Source: a virus
Strand: one strand, 5' to 3'
Length of the DNA: 64,000 nucleotides
IMG/VR virus record: IMGVR_UViG_3300034111_000335
Span: 1-64,000 of that record
A model generated the notes under the pieces. The model searched no databases. It saw only the letters and a list, made by a program, of their open reading frames with translations, and was not told the origin of the DNA. The first letter of the stretch is position 1, and each line of letters starts with the position of its first letter. This document shows, in pieces, positions 37,633 to 48,280 of this stretch. A program made the position numbers and the translations under genes.

Positions 37633-37905
37633 TTAGAGTCCTGCAGCCTGCTGACCCTTTAGATAATCAGTCTGTTGCATTGGAGGATCATCGTCTACAA
37701 GAGAGTCCATAGCCATTTCTATGTATTCCCACAACATTTCTTCTGTGTATCTCTTTCTGTAGGTAAAGTCTTTGAAGCCTTCGTACAAAGCATTTTTAAA
37801 TCCTTCTATATCCCCTGCTATCTTAATCTCTTCGTCTTGCAAGGCTAAAAGGAATATGTCAAACACTTCCTGAGCTGTGGGTTTTTTAATCTTTTCCATC
37901 GACAT
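37633..37905 (-). CDS. hypothetical protein
   Basis: ORF preceded by minus-strand TATATTTG at 37926-37933; start reassigned. Confidence 0.65.
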   Translation of the reverse strand: MSMEKIKKPTAQEVFDIFLLALQDEEIKIAGDIEGFKNALYEGFKDFTYRKRYTEEMLWEYIEMAMDSLVDDDPPMQQTDYLKGQQAAGL

Positions 37906-38015
37906 AGCAGTGTTTTTAAGTAACACAAATATAAGTTTAAATCTTTTTTTGTCTATAGTGTTTGTCTAATACTTATAAACTGTGAAAATAATTATCTAGA
38001 TTAAGAATTTGCTTA

Positions 38016-38094
38016 ACACGTGTAATATAAAATGTTACACGTGTCTTTAGACTTAACATTTAACTTGACTTTTTTTGCTATAATGGTATATTTG
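38016..38094 (+). promoter_or_regulatory. inverted-repeat operator candidate plus promoter of the packaging operon
   Basis: acacgtgtaa-N9-ttacacgtgt; TTGACT ... TATATTTG. Confidence 0.55.
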
Positions 38095-38118
38095 TTTAAG
38101 TAAAAACAAACCAAACCA

Positions 38119-38475
38119 ATGAAAGTAGCACGTAGATATGAAGAAGGAGTCAAGTTACATCAAGCATATATTGATGTATTACTTAGACTTGCAGGGTATA
38201 GATTGTCAGATCTATACACTAGTATATTAGCCCATAGTTCTTACTACGGTACTTTAGACAAGGAAGTAAAAGAAAGAATCGCAAGTGAGTTTAGCACATC
38301 AGTCCAAGTAATTTCTAACGGGATTACTAGACTAAGAAAAATGGGCATCTTAGAAAAAAACACAGTCAACAGAAGATTGTGTCCTACTAGCAAGCAAGAT
38401 GTTACACTCACTTTGATTCTTTCTACAGGAGAAACTAAAAAGGTAGAACCCCAGTTGGAAGCTGCACAAGCATGA
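38119..38475 (+). CDS. winged helix-turn-helix DNA-binding protein
   Basis: RIASEFSTSVQVISNGITRLRKMGIL. Confidence 0.65.
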   Translation: MKVARRYEEGVKLHQAYIDVLLRLAGYRLSDLYTSILAHSSYYGTLDKEVKERIASEFSTSVQVISNGITRLRKMGILEKNTVNRRLCPTSKQDVTLTLILSTGETKKVEPQLEAAQA

Positions 38476-39026
38476 GAACTGTAAAGGATAAATACGACAA
38501 CATCGAAATAAAAACCTACGCAGCTTACTCCGAGGTTGCTAAGGAAATGGATATGACTATAGACCAAGTAAGCACGGTCTACGAGTGGTATCTTAAAAAA
38601 ACCATCGAAGAGATCAAAGAGCTACCCACAGTTAAAGTAAGATTGTCTGGATTAGGAGTTCTAGTATTTAATCCTAACAAGGCAATGAAGACTATAGCTA
38701 CTAAACTTAAGTCTGAAACTTTGCTTACAGATTCTCCTAGAGAAGATCTTACAGCACTCAGAGGATATAATAACTACTACTTGCTAGAGAACTGGATTAA
38801 GTTATTTGAAGACAGATATGAAAGAGGAAAATCTAAAAAACTATACGCACCTGTAGTAGTTGATTACTTTGATAGAACTCTTATAACCTTAAAACAAAAC
38901 CACAAAAAATTATATGAATCCTTACAAAGAGTACATGGCCCTGAGCCTGAAGGGTCTAAAGAATTTGAACAAAGTACTGGAGGGAGTGGCAACGAAGACA
39001 GCGAACCAATTCAAACTATTGAATAA
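38472..39026 (+). CDS. HU/IHF-like DNA-binding protein
   Basis: EVAKEMDMTIDQV...VRLSGLGVL pattern. Confidence 0.6.
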   Translation: MRTVKDKYDNIEIKTYAAYSEVAKEMDMTIDQVSTVYEWYLKKTIEEIKELPTVKVRLSGLGVLVFNPNKAMKTIATKLKSETLLTDSPREDLTALRGYNNYYLLENWIKLFEDRYERGKSKKLYAPVVVDYFDRTLITLKQNHKKLYESLQRVHGPEPEGSKEFEQSTGGSGNEDSEPIQTIE

Positions 39027-39288
39027 TGAAAAACAGAACATTATCGCAGAGCGAATGGATATTTGTCTCAAGTGTCCCTACAATTCAACAAACGCAGTAT
39101 CTTCCCCTGAGTACTTACAACTCACGGGCGAACACTACAGCACTACCAGGTCAGAACTACACTGTTCGTTTTGTGGGTGTATCTGCACCTTCAAAACAGC
39201 ATCTCTATCTTCGAATTGTGGAGTAGAGAGTTGGAACGCATCTAAACCAGATAAACAAATAGAACTATTATGGCACAAAGTAGAGTAA
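38914..39288 (+). CDS. Zn-ribbon (CxxC) protein
   Basis: RMDICLKCP, HCSFCGC...K..S...C. Confidence 0.7.
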   Translation: MNPYKEYMALSLKGLKNLNKVLEGVATKTANQFKLLNNEKQNIIAERMDICLKCPYNSTNAVSSPEYLQLTGEHYSTTRSELHCSFCGCICTFKTASLSSNCGVESWNASKPDKQIELLWHKVE

Positions 39289-39401
39289 AGAAACTCACAA
39301 TCAAGAATGGTTGTGACAAGAAACCAGGAAGTAAGTGTGGAGTACAGATTTACTTCTTGCCTGCTGACAAACCTTTAACACAGGTTTCTTCTAAAAAATA
39401 A
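39270..39401 (+). CDS. 43-aa basic hypothetical protein
   Basis: Manual translation MAQSRVKKLTIKNGCDKK...; fills the gap in the operon. Confidence 0.45.
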   Translation: MAQSRVKKLTIKNGCDKKPGSKCGVQIYFLPADKPLTQVSSKK

Positions 39402-39405
39402 GATT

Positions 39406-39612
39406 ATGGAAAACCACCAAGCCCCTAGTCAGCAACCCTACGTATCTAAGACTTTACAGGATAACTTATTCGAGACGTTTAAGATTTTCTGGAAAGCAGG
39501 ATACTCGTACGGAAAGACTGGAAGAGATGAAGACTTCTATGCACGTGTTCTTGAAGACATCATGAACATGAACCAGTCAGACTTCTTAAAAAAATACAAC
39601 AATGGCAACTAA
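39406..39612 (+). CDS. hypothetical protein
   Basis: 68 aa ORF. Confidence 0.6.
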   Translation: MENHQAPSQQPYVSKTLQDNLFETFKIFWKAGYSYGKTGRDEDFYARVLEDIMNMNQSDFLKKYNNGN

Positions 39613-39919
39613 AAAACTATCCTATATATCAGCAGAACTTGAATGGGCAGAACAACGCTTAACTGAGTGGAGAGCATATATAGATAACAATCCTATCAAT
39701 GGATTGAAAGACAGAATTGAATGGAAGCCTACAGCCAAAGGAGGAACAATGCCTATGGTTATTGCTAGCCAAGAATCACAAATCAAATCTCTTAGAGATA
39801 CTATGAAAGAATACTTAGCTTTACTTGAAGTAGTAGATCGTCTTAGAGAGAAAGAAGAACAAAAAGCAGAAGCCCGTGGATCTCAAGAGATTAACGGTAA
39901 GATGAAACAATTTAGTTAA
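39602..39919 (+). CDS. hypothetical protein, possibly terminase small subunit
   Basis: Helical protein coupled to the terminase large subunit gene. Confidence 0.55.
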   Translation: MATKKLSYISAELEWAEQRLTEWRAYIDNNPINGLKDRIEWKPTAKGGTMPMVIASQESQIKSLRDTMKEYLALLEVVDRLREKEEQKAEARGSQEINGKMKQFS

Positions 39920-41931
39920 TGATACATCCTAATCTAGATAGTCCTGAGTTCCTAATCAACGTAAGGAATTTCCCTGATACTGATTCAGAGGAATATACTG
40001 CGTTTTGGGAAAACGAGGATAAGAAGATTACAGAAGGTGTTACTATTAATGGATTTTACTTTTCTCCTTTCATTTATTGGCATTTAAACTATTGGTCTAT
40101 TTATATAGACACTATAGTAGGTAAGCGTCAAGTTCGTAAACTAGATAAACCTCAACTTTGGGACACCTACCTAGCTGTAGATGAAACCATTCACAAGGCA
40201 GAGAATCACGAGGATGGAAAGAAAGGAGTTGTTATGGTAGGATCCAGACGTATCTCTAAATCTGTTTTGACTTCTTCTTATATGGCTCACAAAGCCATTA
40301 CACAGAAGGGTTCTGATAACTTGATATCTGCACTTAACCAACCTGACTTAAAAGTAATTACAGATTACGTAGACTTAGGTATTCGTAATCTTCCTGACTA
40401 CTTTAGATTTCCTCGTATTGAGGATGACTGGAAGAAGCAGGTTACTTTAGGTTTTAAAGATAAAAAGACCAACGCTCGTAATGAGTGGTCTAAATTCCAC
40501 GTACGTAACTTTGATGAAGGCAACAATACGGAAGCAGCTGCTGGTCTTACTCTGTCTTCTTTTCTTTTGGAAGAAGGAGGAAAGGGTAAGATTCTTAGTT
40601 GCTTAGCGGCAACTACTCCGTGTTTCGATAGTCCTTATGGATGGCGTTGTTCTCCTTTTGTTATCGGAACTTCGGGAGACATGAGTAAAGCTGCTGACCT
40701 AGAAGAATTATTTAATAACCCAGAAGCTTACAACTTCCTACCTGTAGAGGCAAACGAAACAGGTAAGAGTTATGGATTGTTTATTCCAGGAACTAAATCT
40801 CTAAAAGTTCCAAAGGAAGAAAAATCTTTAGGACTTTATCTAGGCAAAGAAGAGGCTTCTGAGTTAGACTTAATTAAGATTTGGGTAGCAGACGAAGAGA
40901 AAGGTAAAGAACTTATCTTAAAGTCTAGAGAACAGATTAAAAAGTCTAGTGGATTAGAGACTTACTTAAAAGAAGTAATGTACTATCCCCTCACGCATGA
41001 GGAGTGTTTCTTAGAGTTATCTCAGAACATTTTCCCAGTAGATTTACTTCAAGAACAACTACAGAAGTTAACTGCCCAAGAGATTGTAGCAGACAACGTA
41101 GAACTCTACATGTCAGCAGACGGAACAGTACGTCACAAGTTTACCGAGAAAAAGGCTGTTACGAACTTCCCTGTTAAACCAACAGATAATATTGAGGGTT
41201 GTGTACAGATTTGGGAATATCCTCTGTCAGAAGCCCCCTATGGACTTTATACAGCAGGAACGGATCCATACAAACAGTCACAGGCACACTACTCAACTTC
41301 TTTGGGGTCTACTTACATTTATAAGCGAGTACATAATCTTAACGGAGAAGGCTGGCAGAATATGGTAGTAGCTTGTTATACAGGTCGTCCTAAGAAGATT
41401 GAAACCTGGTACGAGACTACTAAGATGCTTCTTAAGTATTACAATGCTAAGACTCTTTGTGAGAACATGGACTATGGTTTTATTCAGCACTGTGTAGATA
41501 AGCAAGAGTCTCCTAGAGTTTTAGAGAAGACACCTAAGTTTCTTAACGACATCCACCCTAACTCTACAGTTAATCGTGACTATGGAATTCACATGACCAA
41601 GGATATTAAAAACTATTTAATGTCGCTTATCATTGAGTACATCACAGAAGTAGTAGATATAGAAAGAGATGCTGATGGTAACACTATAAAAGAACGTCTA
41701 GGAGTTACTAGAATCTTAGATCCTATTCTAATTAAGGAATTAATTAAGTTCACACCTAAGTTAAACGTTGACCGAGTTATTTCATTTGGTCTTACTTTAG
41801 CTATGGCTAAGTCTTTAAACACTCAAGTAATTATTTCTGATGCAAGTCAAGATACTAGAATGCAAGCATACTTTAGAGAGAAGAAAGGCTCATCTCTTTT
41901 TCGTACAACTTCATCACCTTTCCGCTATTAA
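39919..41931 (+). CDS. terL: terminase large subunit
   Basis: GSRRISKS Walker A-like, LLEEGG Walker B-like, GTSG, AGTDPY nuclease motif, NVDRV. Confidence 0.9.
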   Translation: MIHPNLDSPEFLINVRNFPDTDSEEYTAFWENEDKKITEGVTINGFYFSPFIYWHLNYWSIYIDTIVGKRQVRKLDKPQLWDTYLAVDETIHKAENHEDGKKGVVMVGSRRISKSVLTSSYMAHKAITQKGSDNLISALNQPDLKVITDYVDLGIRNLPDYFRFPRIEDDWKKQVTLGFKDKKTNARNEWSKFHVRNFDEGNNTEAAAGLTLSSFLLEEGGKGKILSCLAATTPCFDSPYGWRCSPFVIGTSGDMSKAADLEELFNNPEAYNFLPVEANETGKSYGLFIPGTKSLKVPKEEKSLGLYLGKEEASELDLIKIWVADEEKGKELILKSREQIKKSSGLETYLKEVMYYPLTHEECFLELSQNIFPVDLLQEQLQKLTAQEIVADNVELYMSADGTVRHKFTEKKAVTNFPVKPTDNIEGCVQIWEYPLSEAPYGLYTAGTDPYKQSQAHYSTSLGSTYIYKRVHNLNGEGWQNMVVACYTGRPKKIETWYETTKMLLKYYNAKTLCENMDYGFIQHCVDKQESPRVLEKTPKFLNDIHPNSTVNRDYGIHMTKDIKNYLMSLIIEYITEVVDIERDADGNTIKERLGVTRILDPILIKELIKFTPKLNVDRVISFGLTLAMAKSLNTQVIISDASQDTRMQAYFREKKGSSLFRTTSSPFRY

Positions 41932-41953
41932 CTAAAACTAAATAACAAATACA

Positions 41954-44407
41954 ATGATTATTGAATCTCTCAAAGAGTACACTGATCCAGTCAATCACGC
42001 CTACTTTTATCCTGAGCAGTTTGTAAGCTTATCGGATAAAGAAAAGGAGAGCTGGATTAAGTCTACTATGGACTACTTTGCAAATATTGCATTTGCACAG
42101 TACAAGCAGAATATCACCTTTAGAAAAAACTATAGGTTGCTTAACGGAGAATTTAACTTCTCTGACTACACAAACATCCCTGAGATGCAGGAACTAATCA
42201 GTTACTTAAATGATGTACCTGATCAAGAGCCTGAAGTACCTCAGCACTTAAAGCACTATCCTATTGTTAACCCTCCTATCAATCAGTTGAAGGGAGAGTT
42301 AATTAACCGTCCTCACAAGTACAAGGTTAAAGCAGTAGATGACGAAGCTGTAAACGAGACTATTGATTTCCGTACAGAGTTAATTAAAGAACATTTTGTA
42401 AAGAAGTTAGAAGCTCAGTTAGAAGGTCAGCCTATTGATCCCGAACAAGAAGCTCAGATGCAACAAGAACTACAGAACAAAATTTTGGATTATACTTCTG
42501 TTGCAGAAGAGTGGGGTAACAAAACTTTAAATGCTCTTAAGTACCACTTTAACTTTAGAGAGAAGTCTCAGCAAGCTTTCTTAGATTTCTTGGTAACAGG
42601 TAAAGAGTTTCACCACTTCTACCCAGATAATTCTCGCTTAGGATTTACCTATAAGACAGAGAACCCATCTAACGTATGGTACTTAGCTAATCGTAATGCT
42701 CAGTACACATCTGACTGTTGGGCTTTAGGTTTGATTGAAGTTCTTTCTATGAGTGAAATCGTAGAGAGATATAATCTTACAGGAGAAGAAGTAGAGCATT
42801 TGAAGAATCGTTCTTTACAGAACTTAAGAAACAACGAATACTCTCCCTTAGCTCCAGCTTTGCCAGATCCTAACGATCCTTTGTGGCAGTTAACCTTCGA
42901 GAACGTAGGTGACTTTGCTAACGGAGGTATTGATCATAACGTATTCTCATTTAACTCTCAGCACTCTTACACAGTTGTTACTTCTTACTGGCAGTCTAAG
43001 AAACGTATCTTCAAACGTACCTACTTAGATGAGGAAGGATTCCAACAAGAGATGTTTGTATCTGAAGATTACAAGATGGATAAAACCTTAGGTGATATTA
43101 CTCTTGAGGAACTTTGGATCAACGAATGGTGGAGAGGTATTAAGATTGGTGCAGACATCTACGTAAATGTAGAACCTTTAGAGTTTACTCAGAGTGCTCC
43201 TATTGTAGGTATTATTAATACCACTCGTAACACTCAAGGTAAGTCTTTGTTAGATCTTCTTAAACCCTATCAGGTTCTTTACAACATCTGTATGAATCAG
43301 TTGTGGGAATTGCTTGAGAAAGAGATCGGTGTTGTATTCTTGGGTGACTTGAAAGTAGTTCCTAAGAAAGACTCTCAGGATCCTATTGAGACAATGCTAT
43401 GGAATGCTAAGAACAGAGGAACTCTTTTGATTGATACCTCAATCGAAAATACAGGAGGAGCTGTACAGTTCAACCAATTCTCTCGTCTTGATCTTACTCG
43501 TTCACAAGAGATTCAAGCACGTATTCAATTAGCTCAACAACTTCGCTTAGAAGCTTATGAGTTAGTAGGTCTTACTCGTCAACGTCTAGGTAACTCTCAA
43601 GCATCAGATACAGCTACTGCTGCTAACAATGCTTTGATTCAATCCTTTGCTCAAACAGAAACTTGGTTTGCTTGGCATGATAACATCTTACAGAAAGTTT
43701 ATCAGACTATCTTGGATATGGCTCAGTACATCGAGTTACAGAAGCCTACTTCTACTTTAAACTACTTAAACTCTGAACTAGAGACTGTATTCTTACAGGT
43801 ATCTAAGAATGAATTACTTCATGAGTTGTTTGTATTTGTTTCTTCTTATGCAGAAGACAAAGTTACTCTTGAACAGTTAAAGCAGTTGGCTCAACCTGCT
43901 ATGCAGAATGGAGCAGAGCTTTCTGAGATGGTAGATTTGTTTACTGCTAATTCTGAAAGAAGCTTACGTAAGACTTTGTCTGATGTACAGAAACGTAAAG
44001 AGGCTATCCGTCAACAAGAACAAGCGCTTAAGCAACAGCAGTTGGAGCAACAACAAGCACAGTTTGAACAGAAGATGCAGATGGATGCAGCTCAGAAAGC
44101 AGAAGATGCTAGAAGAGATGACATGAATAAGCAGCTTGATCGTGAGAACAGACTGCAAGTAGTTCAACTCCAAGGTATTGCCAATGAAGGTTCTTACAAC
44201 CCAGATGTAGATACTACAGGTCTCTTAATTGAACAGACTAAAATAGCTCAAGACATTTCTAAACAAACCTTTGAAAAGGTAACTAAGAATAAAGAGTTAA
44301 GTCTTAAAGAAAAAGAGCTAGCACTCAAGGAGAAAGACATAGATACTAAGCTTAAAATAGCACAAACAAATAAAAACAAGTACGATTCAGGCTCAAAAAA
44401 GAAATAA
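41954..44407 (+). CDS. portal protein (crAss-like)
   Basis: 817 aa following terL; HYPIVNPPINQLKGE, GLTRQRLG; Q-rich coiled-coil C-terminus. Confidence 0.88.
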   Translation: MIIESLKEYTDPVNHAYFYPEQFVSLSDKEKESWIKSTMDYFANIAFAQYKQNITFRKNYRLLNGEFNFSDYTNIPEMQELISYLNDVPDQEPEVPQHLKHYPIVNPPINQLKGELINRPHKYKVKAVDDEAVNETIDFRTELIKEHFVKKLEAQLEGQPIDPEQEAQMQQELQNKILDYTSVAEEWGNKTLNALKYHFNFREKSQQAFLDFLVTGKEFHHFYPDNSRLGFTYKTENPSNVWYLANRNAQYTSDCWALGLIEVLSMSEIVERYNLTGEEVEHLKNRSLQNLRNNEYSPLAPALPDPNDPLWQLTFENVGDFANGGIDHNVFSFNSQHSYTVVTSYWQSKKRIFKRTYLDEEGFQQEMFVSEDYKMDKTLGDITLEELWINEWWRGIKIGADIYVNVEPLEFTQSAPIVGIINTTRNTQGKSLLDLLKPYQVLYNICMNQLWELLEKEIGVVFLGDLKVVPKKDSQDPIETMLWNAKNRGTLLIDTSIENTGGAVQFNQFSRLDLTRSQEIQARIQLAQQLRLEAYELVGLTRQRLGNSQASDTATAANNALIQSFAQTETWFAWHDNILQKVYQTILDMAQYIELQKPTSTLNYLNSELETVFLQVSKNELLHELFVFVSSYAEDKVTLEQLKQLAQPAMQNGAELSEMVDLFTANSERSLRKTLSDVQKRKEAIRQQEQALKQQQLEQQQAQFEQKMQMDAAQKAEDARRDDMNKQLDRENRLQVVQLQGIANEGSYNPDVDTTGLLIEQTKIAQDISKQTFEKVTKNKELSLKEKELALKEKDIDTKLKIAQTNKNKYDSGSKKK

Positions 44408-44440
44408 GAGATACAAATAAGTAATAGATTATAGCACTAA

Positions 44441-44477
44441 AGTAGGGGGTTTTTGAGCCTAAAAATCCCCTATTTTA
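44441..44477 (+). terminator. intrinsic terminator
   Basis: gtagggggttttt/aaaaatcccctat stem followed by a T-run. Confidence 0.55.
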
Positions 44478-44564
44478 ACTTATTGTGCATATCGTAACCT
44501 AATTTATTAATCTCTTGTGTTAATTTTTTAAAATATTACTTTTGAATTAAACCAAACTAACCTT

Positions 44565-45689
44565 ATGACAACCAATAGTCCATTAGAGAATTTAGAGTTC
44601 TTTGACAGTTTTTCCGTAGATGATCCACTAGATTTAGATACCACTACAGAAGATCCTAATGCCCACATTAAACCAGATATTTTAGGAGGAGAAGACTTTG
44701 ATCCCCTAGAAGAAGATGAAAATCCTGAACCTATAAATCCTCCTAAAGCTCCAGCACCTGTTGAAGAAGAAGAGGAAGAAGAGGAAGAAGTAGATTTAGA
44801 AGGAGATGAAGACGAAGAAGATAATTACTTTGAAGTCTTTGGTAAGGGTCTTGCTAAAGCAGGAATGCTTAACGTAGAAGAAGGAGAAGAAATAGAGTGG
44901 AATGAGCAAACATTCTTAGCTAAGATGAACGAGACTATCGAAGATAGAGCTTGGAATCAATTAGAAGAACTTGCTACTGAAACTTACGGAGAAGCAGGAG
45001 TACAGATGATTGAAGATATCTTCATCAATAAAGTGCCTGTGCAAGAATACTTACAGATGTTCTCAAACGAACAAGTAGTCGAGAATGTAGACTTATCTGT
45101 AGAAGGAAACCAAGAAAGAGTTTTCCGTTTGTATTTAGCTAAGACAGGAATGGATGAAGATGAAATCGAAGATCAACTGAACTACGCTAGAGATAATGAT
45201 CGCTTAGAAGCATACTCTCAAAAGTATCAAGTTAAATTGGTAGAGAAGATGCAACAGGAAAGAGCAGTACTTGCACAACAAAGTGAAGCTCGTGTACAAG
45301 CGATTAAACAGAAAGAAGAAGAAAGAGAACAACTCTACGCTGATGTATTAGATGGAGCAATTGCTTCAGGTGCTATTGAAGGGTATCCTATCAACGAGCA
45401 ATCAGCTACAGAGTTATTTGACTTCGTTCTTTCGAGACCACACGTTCTTCCAAACGGTCAGCGTATCAGTGAGTTTGAATACAAACTTGCTAAGATGCGT
45501 CAAGAGGATCCTTCTAAGTTTTTAGCTGTAGCTAGATTAGTTCAAAATGATTTAGATCTAACTCCTGTAAAAAGAAAAGCTGTAACTGATGAGACCAATT
45601 CTCTATTCAATGATTTAAAGACCAAGAGTAAAAAGTCTGGTAAGACCTCAAAATCTAACGATGACTTATTTTCACGGTACTTCAAATAA
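44565..45689 (+). CDS. acidic scaffold-like protein
   Basis: Highly acidic coiled-coil protein between portal and capsid; TACTTTTG promoter element at 44537. Confidence 0.7.
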   Translation: MTTNSPLENLEFFDSFSVDDPLDLDTTTEDPNAHIKPDILGGEDFDPLEEDENPEPINPPKAPAPVEEEEEEEEEVDLEGDEDEEDNYFEVFGKGLAKAGMLNVEEGEEIEWNEQTFLAKMNETIEDRAWNQLEELATETYGEAGVQMIEDIFINKVPVQEYLQMFSNEQVVENVDLSVEGNQERVFRLYLAKTGMDEDEIEDQLNYARDNDRLEAYSQKYQVKLVEKMQQERAVLAQQSEARVQAIKQKEEEREQLYADVLDGAIASGAIEGYPINEQSATELFDFVLSRPHVLPNGQRISEFEYKLAKMRQEDPSKFLAVARLVQNDLDLTPVKRKAVTDETNSLFNDLKTKSKKSGKTSKSNDDLFSRYFK

Positions 45690-45720
45690 AACATAAAAAC
45701 AAAAATAATAAATTACTACT

Positions 45721-47244
45721 ATGCCTAATCAAAGTATTCCAAGGGTTAACGGGAGAGTTATAGCTAACGCTCACATGACCAGCTCATTCTATTCTAAAAA
45801 TGGTTTGGGTAAATTGACAGACAAGAACTTCGTTGAAACCATGCTGCGCACTAAGCCTGATCAGTATGACAAAATGATGATTCGCCTTTTCACCGACACT
45901 AAATTGTACAAGAACGACTTGTTGGATTTGGTAATGAAGACTGGTAAGCCTTTTATGGTTAACGATCCTAACGGAGTTTTCACCTACAAAATCAAGAAGC
46001 GTGCTGAGTTACCTAAGATCATTGTATCTACTGCTGCTACCTACCCAGGTCGTGATGGTTCTACTTTCGAATTGGTATTTGACAAGAACGTGTTTGTTGT
46101 TAACGACATTATCACCGGCCACCGCTATGAGCAAGAAACTCAAATTCAAATCGTTTCTGAAGGTGAAAAACACCAGAACGGTTTCAAGTACAAGTGTACT
46201 GCAGTAGGTGCTTCTTCTAGCGACTACGTAGCTGCTACTTTCTTGGCTGTAGGTGTTGAGTACTTCAAGATCGGTAACGTATTGGGTGAGTACACCACTT
46301 CATTCTCTAGCTTGGGATTGTTCGATGGTAACTTAGAAGTTATGGCTGATGTATTGCAACAGTATGGTGTTGAACACACTATCACTGACTGGGCTGATGC
46401 AACCAAATTGGGTATGCAGACAGACGCTTCAGGCAATCCTATGGACATCACTTACTACTCTGTAAGCGATCCTATGGCTGAAGGTGAGAAAACCAAAATC
46501 GTTGGTTGGGAGCCTACAGTATCTCGTTTGCTCCGTATGGAGATGATGCGCATGAAAGCTAACACTTTGATGTGGGGTCGTCAAGGTAACGGTAAAGATG
46601 AAAAAGGTCGTCCTACTCGTGCTAAGCAAGGCTTATGGCAGCAATTGCACTTGGGTAACGTTATCTACTACGATCGTGGTCAGTTCTCTTTGAACTTGAT
46701 TCGTACTGCTATCGGTGACTTGTTCTACAACCGTGTGTTGTTGAAAGACCGTAGCGTGAAGATCTACACCAACCGTTCTGGTATGGAGTTGGCTTCTACT
46801 GCTATCCGCAAAGACTTCAACGGTCAGAACTTCATGGTATCTGCTGATAAGTTCTTGGATGGTAAAGATCGTACTAAGCAAGGTTATGCTTTCCAATTCG
46901 ATCACTTTATGACTACTGAGACTGGTCCAGTTGAATTCGTAGAATTAGAGCAATTGAATGAGCATGCTACTTTCTTGGAGTTGGGTCCTAACAAGAAGAC
47001 TCCTCCAATCTTCATCATCTTGGATGTAAGTGGTCAAGATGACGCAGGTATCCGTGAGGTAAAATTGTCTACTCGTCCTAACATGTACTATCAGTACATT
47101 GCAGGTTCAGTAGGATTCGGTGCTCAACAGACATCAATCGCTAGCAAAGATCCTTATTCTACCTACATCATGAAAGACTTCGCAGGTATCTTCTTGGAAG
47201 ATCCTACCAAGACTGTGATCATTAAAGAATTCCCTCGCATCTAA
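45721..47244 (+). CDS. major capsid protein (crAss-like)
   Basis: 507 aa, strongly biased codon use, position after scaffold, followed by a GC-rich hairpin. Confidence 0.85.
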   Translation: MPNQSIPRVNGRVIANAHMTSSFYSKNGLGKLTDKNFVETMLRTKPDQYDKMMIRLFTDTKLYKNDLLDLVMKTGKPFMVNDPNGVFTYKIKKRAELPKIIVSTAATYPGRDGSTFELVFDKNVFVVNDIITGHRYEQETQIQIVSEGEKHQNGFKYKCTAVGASSSDYVAATFLAVGVEYFKIGNVLGEYTTSFSSLGLFDGNLEVMADVLQQYGVEHTITDWADATKLGMQTDASGNPMDITYYSVSDPMAEGEKTKIVGWEPTVSRLLRMEMMRMKANTLMWGRQGNGKDEKGRPTRAKQGLWQQLHLGNVIYYDRGQFSLNLIRTAIGDLFYNRVLLKDRSVKIYTNRSGMELASTAIRKDFNGQNFMVSADKFLDGKDRTKQGYAFQFDHFMTTETGPVEFVELEQLNEHATFLELGPNKKTPPIFIILDVSGQDDAGIREVKLSTRPNMYYQYIAGSVGFGAQQTSIASKDPYSTYIMKDFAGIFLEDPTKTVIIKEFPRI

Positions 47245-47260
47245 TTGCGAATCTATGACG

Positions 47261-47283
47261 GAGGGGGTTTAATAGCCCCCTCC
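47261..47283 (+). terminator. hairpin after the capsid gene
   Basis: ggaggggg/ccccctcc stem; weak U-tail. Confidence 0.55.
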
Positions 47284-47325
47284 TAAATAGATAAAGTTAG
47301 AACCAAAAATTAAACCAAACCAAAA

Positions 47326-48264
47326 ATGAGTAAAGAAATAGCACAGGGAGTGCGAATTATTCGTCCCTACAAAAGACAACCTTCTAGCATGCGCACATTA
47401 GAAGGATCATTGTACCAGAATGGATATAACTTCATTCCAGGAACAGTAAGAAAGTTTTTCCCACGAGTTGATTCACGTGGAGTAATTAGAACAGGATTAG
47501 ATGAGAACTCTCCGAAGTTCCGTGGAATCTTGGACACAAAAGCTAGAGAGCAAGAGATGCAGAGAGTTAAGCAACTTAGAGAATACTATGAGTCGCTTCT
47601 TGATGAATCATTACTGCCTGCTAGTACGTTCTATGACGAAATTAAAGAAAACGGATATACCCTAGAAGACGGAGACAACGTCTTCAATATGGAGAATCCT
47701 AGAGAAGCAATTAACTTTTATTGGTTAATGGAAACCGAAATGGTTGCTCACTCTATGGATGATATAGAAAGTGGTAAGATAGATACAGCTATTGTAAAGT
47801 TCTACGTTTACAATGGTGATGTAGAAACTAAGACTACTTTTGAACGTAAGAAGCGCATTAACAGTGCAATTGCATCTTTAGATAAGATGACTGCAACTAA
47901 GCGTAAGAAGGTTCAAAAGCTTATTGGCTTAGGATTACCGATGGATGCTACAGAAGAAGAAGTTTACAATGCAGTAGATGAGTTCTTACGTACACCAGCA
48001 TCAGCTCTTGATCGAGATCCTATTGATCAGTTTAACAAGATTATGTCATACAGTGACGACTTGTTAGATGTGAAGGCTCTTGTAAAAGATCTAGTAGATA
48101 AAAACATCATTAGAATTAAAGGTTCTATTGTATACGAAGGAGAGCATGTATGGGCTAAGTCAATCGAAGAGTTTGAATTGTTCCTTGCAGATCCTAAGAA
48201 TACAGAAGAGTATACATCCTTTAAGGATAAGTTGAAAAACAAAGCACGAATTGACGCTCTATAA
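47326..48264 (+). CDS. conserved post-capsid protein
   Basis: 312 aa; synteny with the crAss-like capsid module. Confidence 0.65.
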   Translation: MSKEIAQGVRIIRPYKRQPSSMRTLEGSLYQNGYNFIPGTVRKFFPRVDSRGVIRTGLDENSPKFRGILDTKAREQEMQRVKQLREYYESLLDESLLPASTFYDEIKENGYTLEDGDNVFNMENPREAINFYWLMETEMVAHSMDDIESGKIDTAIVKFYVYNGDVETKTTFERKKRINSAIASLDKMTATKRKKVQKLIGLGLPMDATEEEVYNAVDEFLRTPASALDRDPIDQFNKIMSYSDDLLDVKALVKDLVDKNIIRIKGSIVYEGEHVWAKSIEEFELFLADPKNTEEYTSFKDKLKNKARIDAL

Positions 48265-48280
48265 AAACTAAATATATAAC

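Noticed and set aside
39919-47244. Introns or inteins in the terminase, portal or capsid genes
   Set aside because: ORFs are continuous and of ordinary length, with no intein terminal motifs noticed
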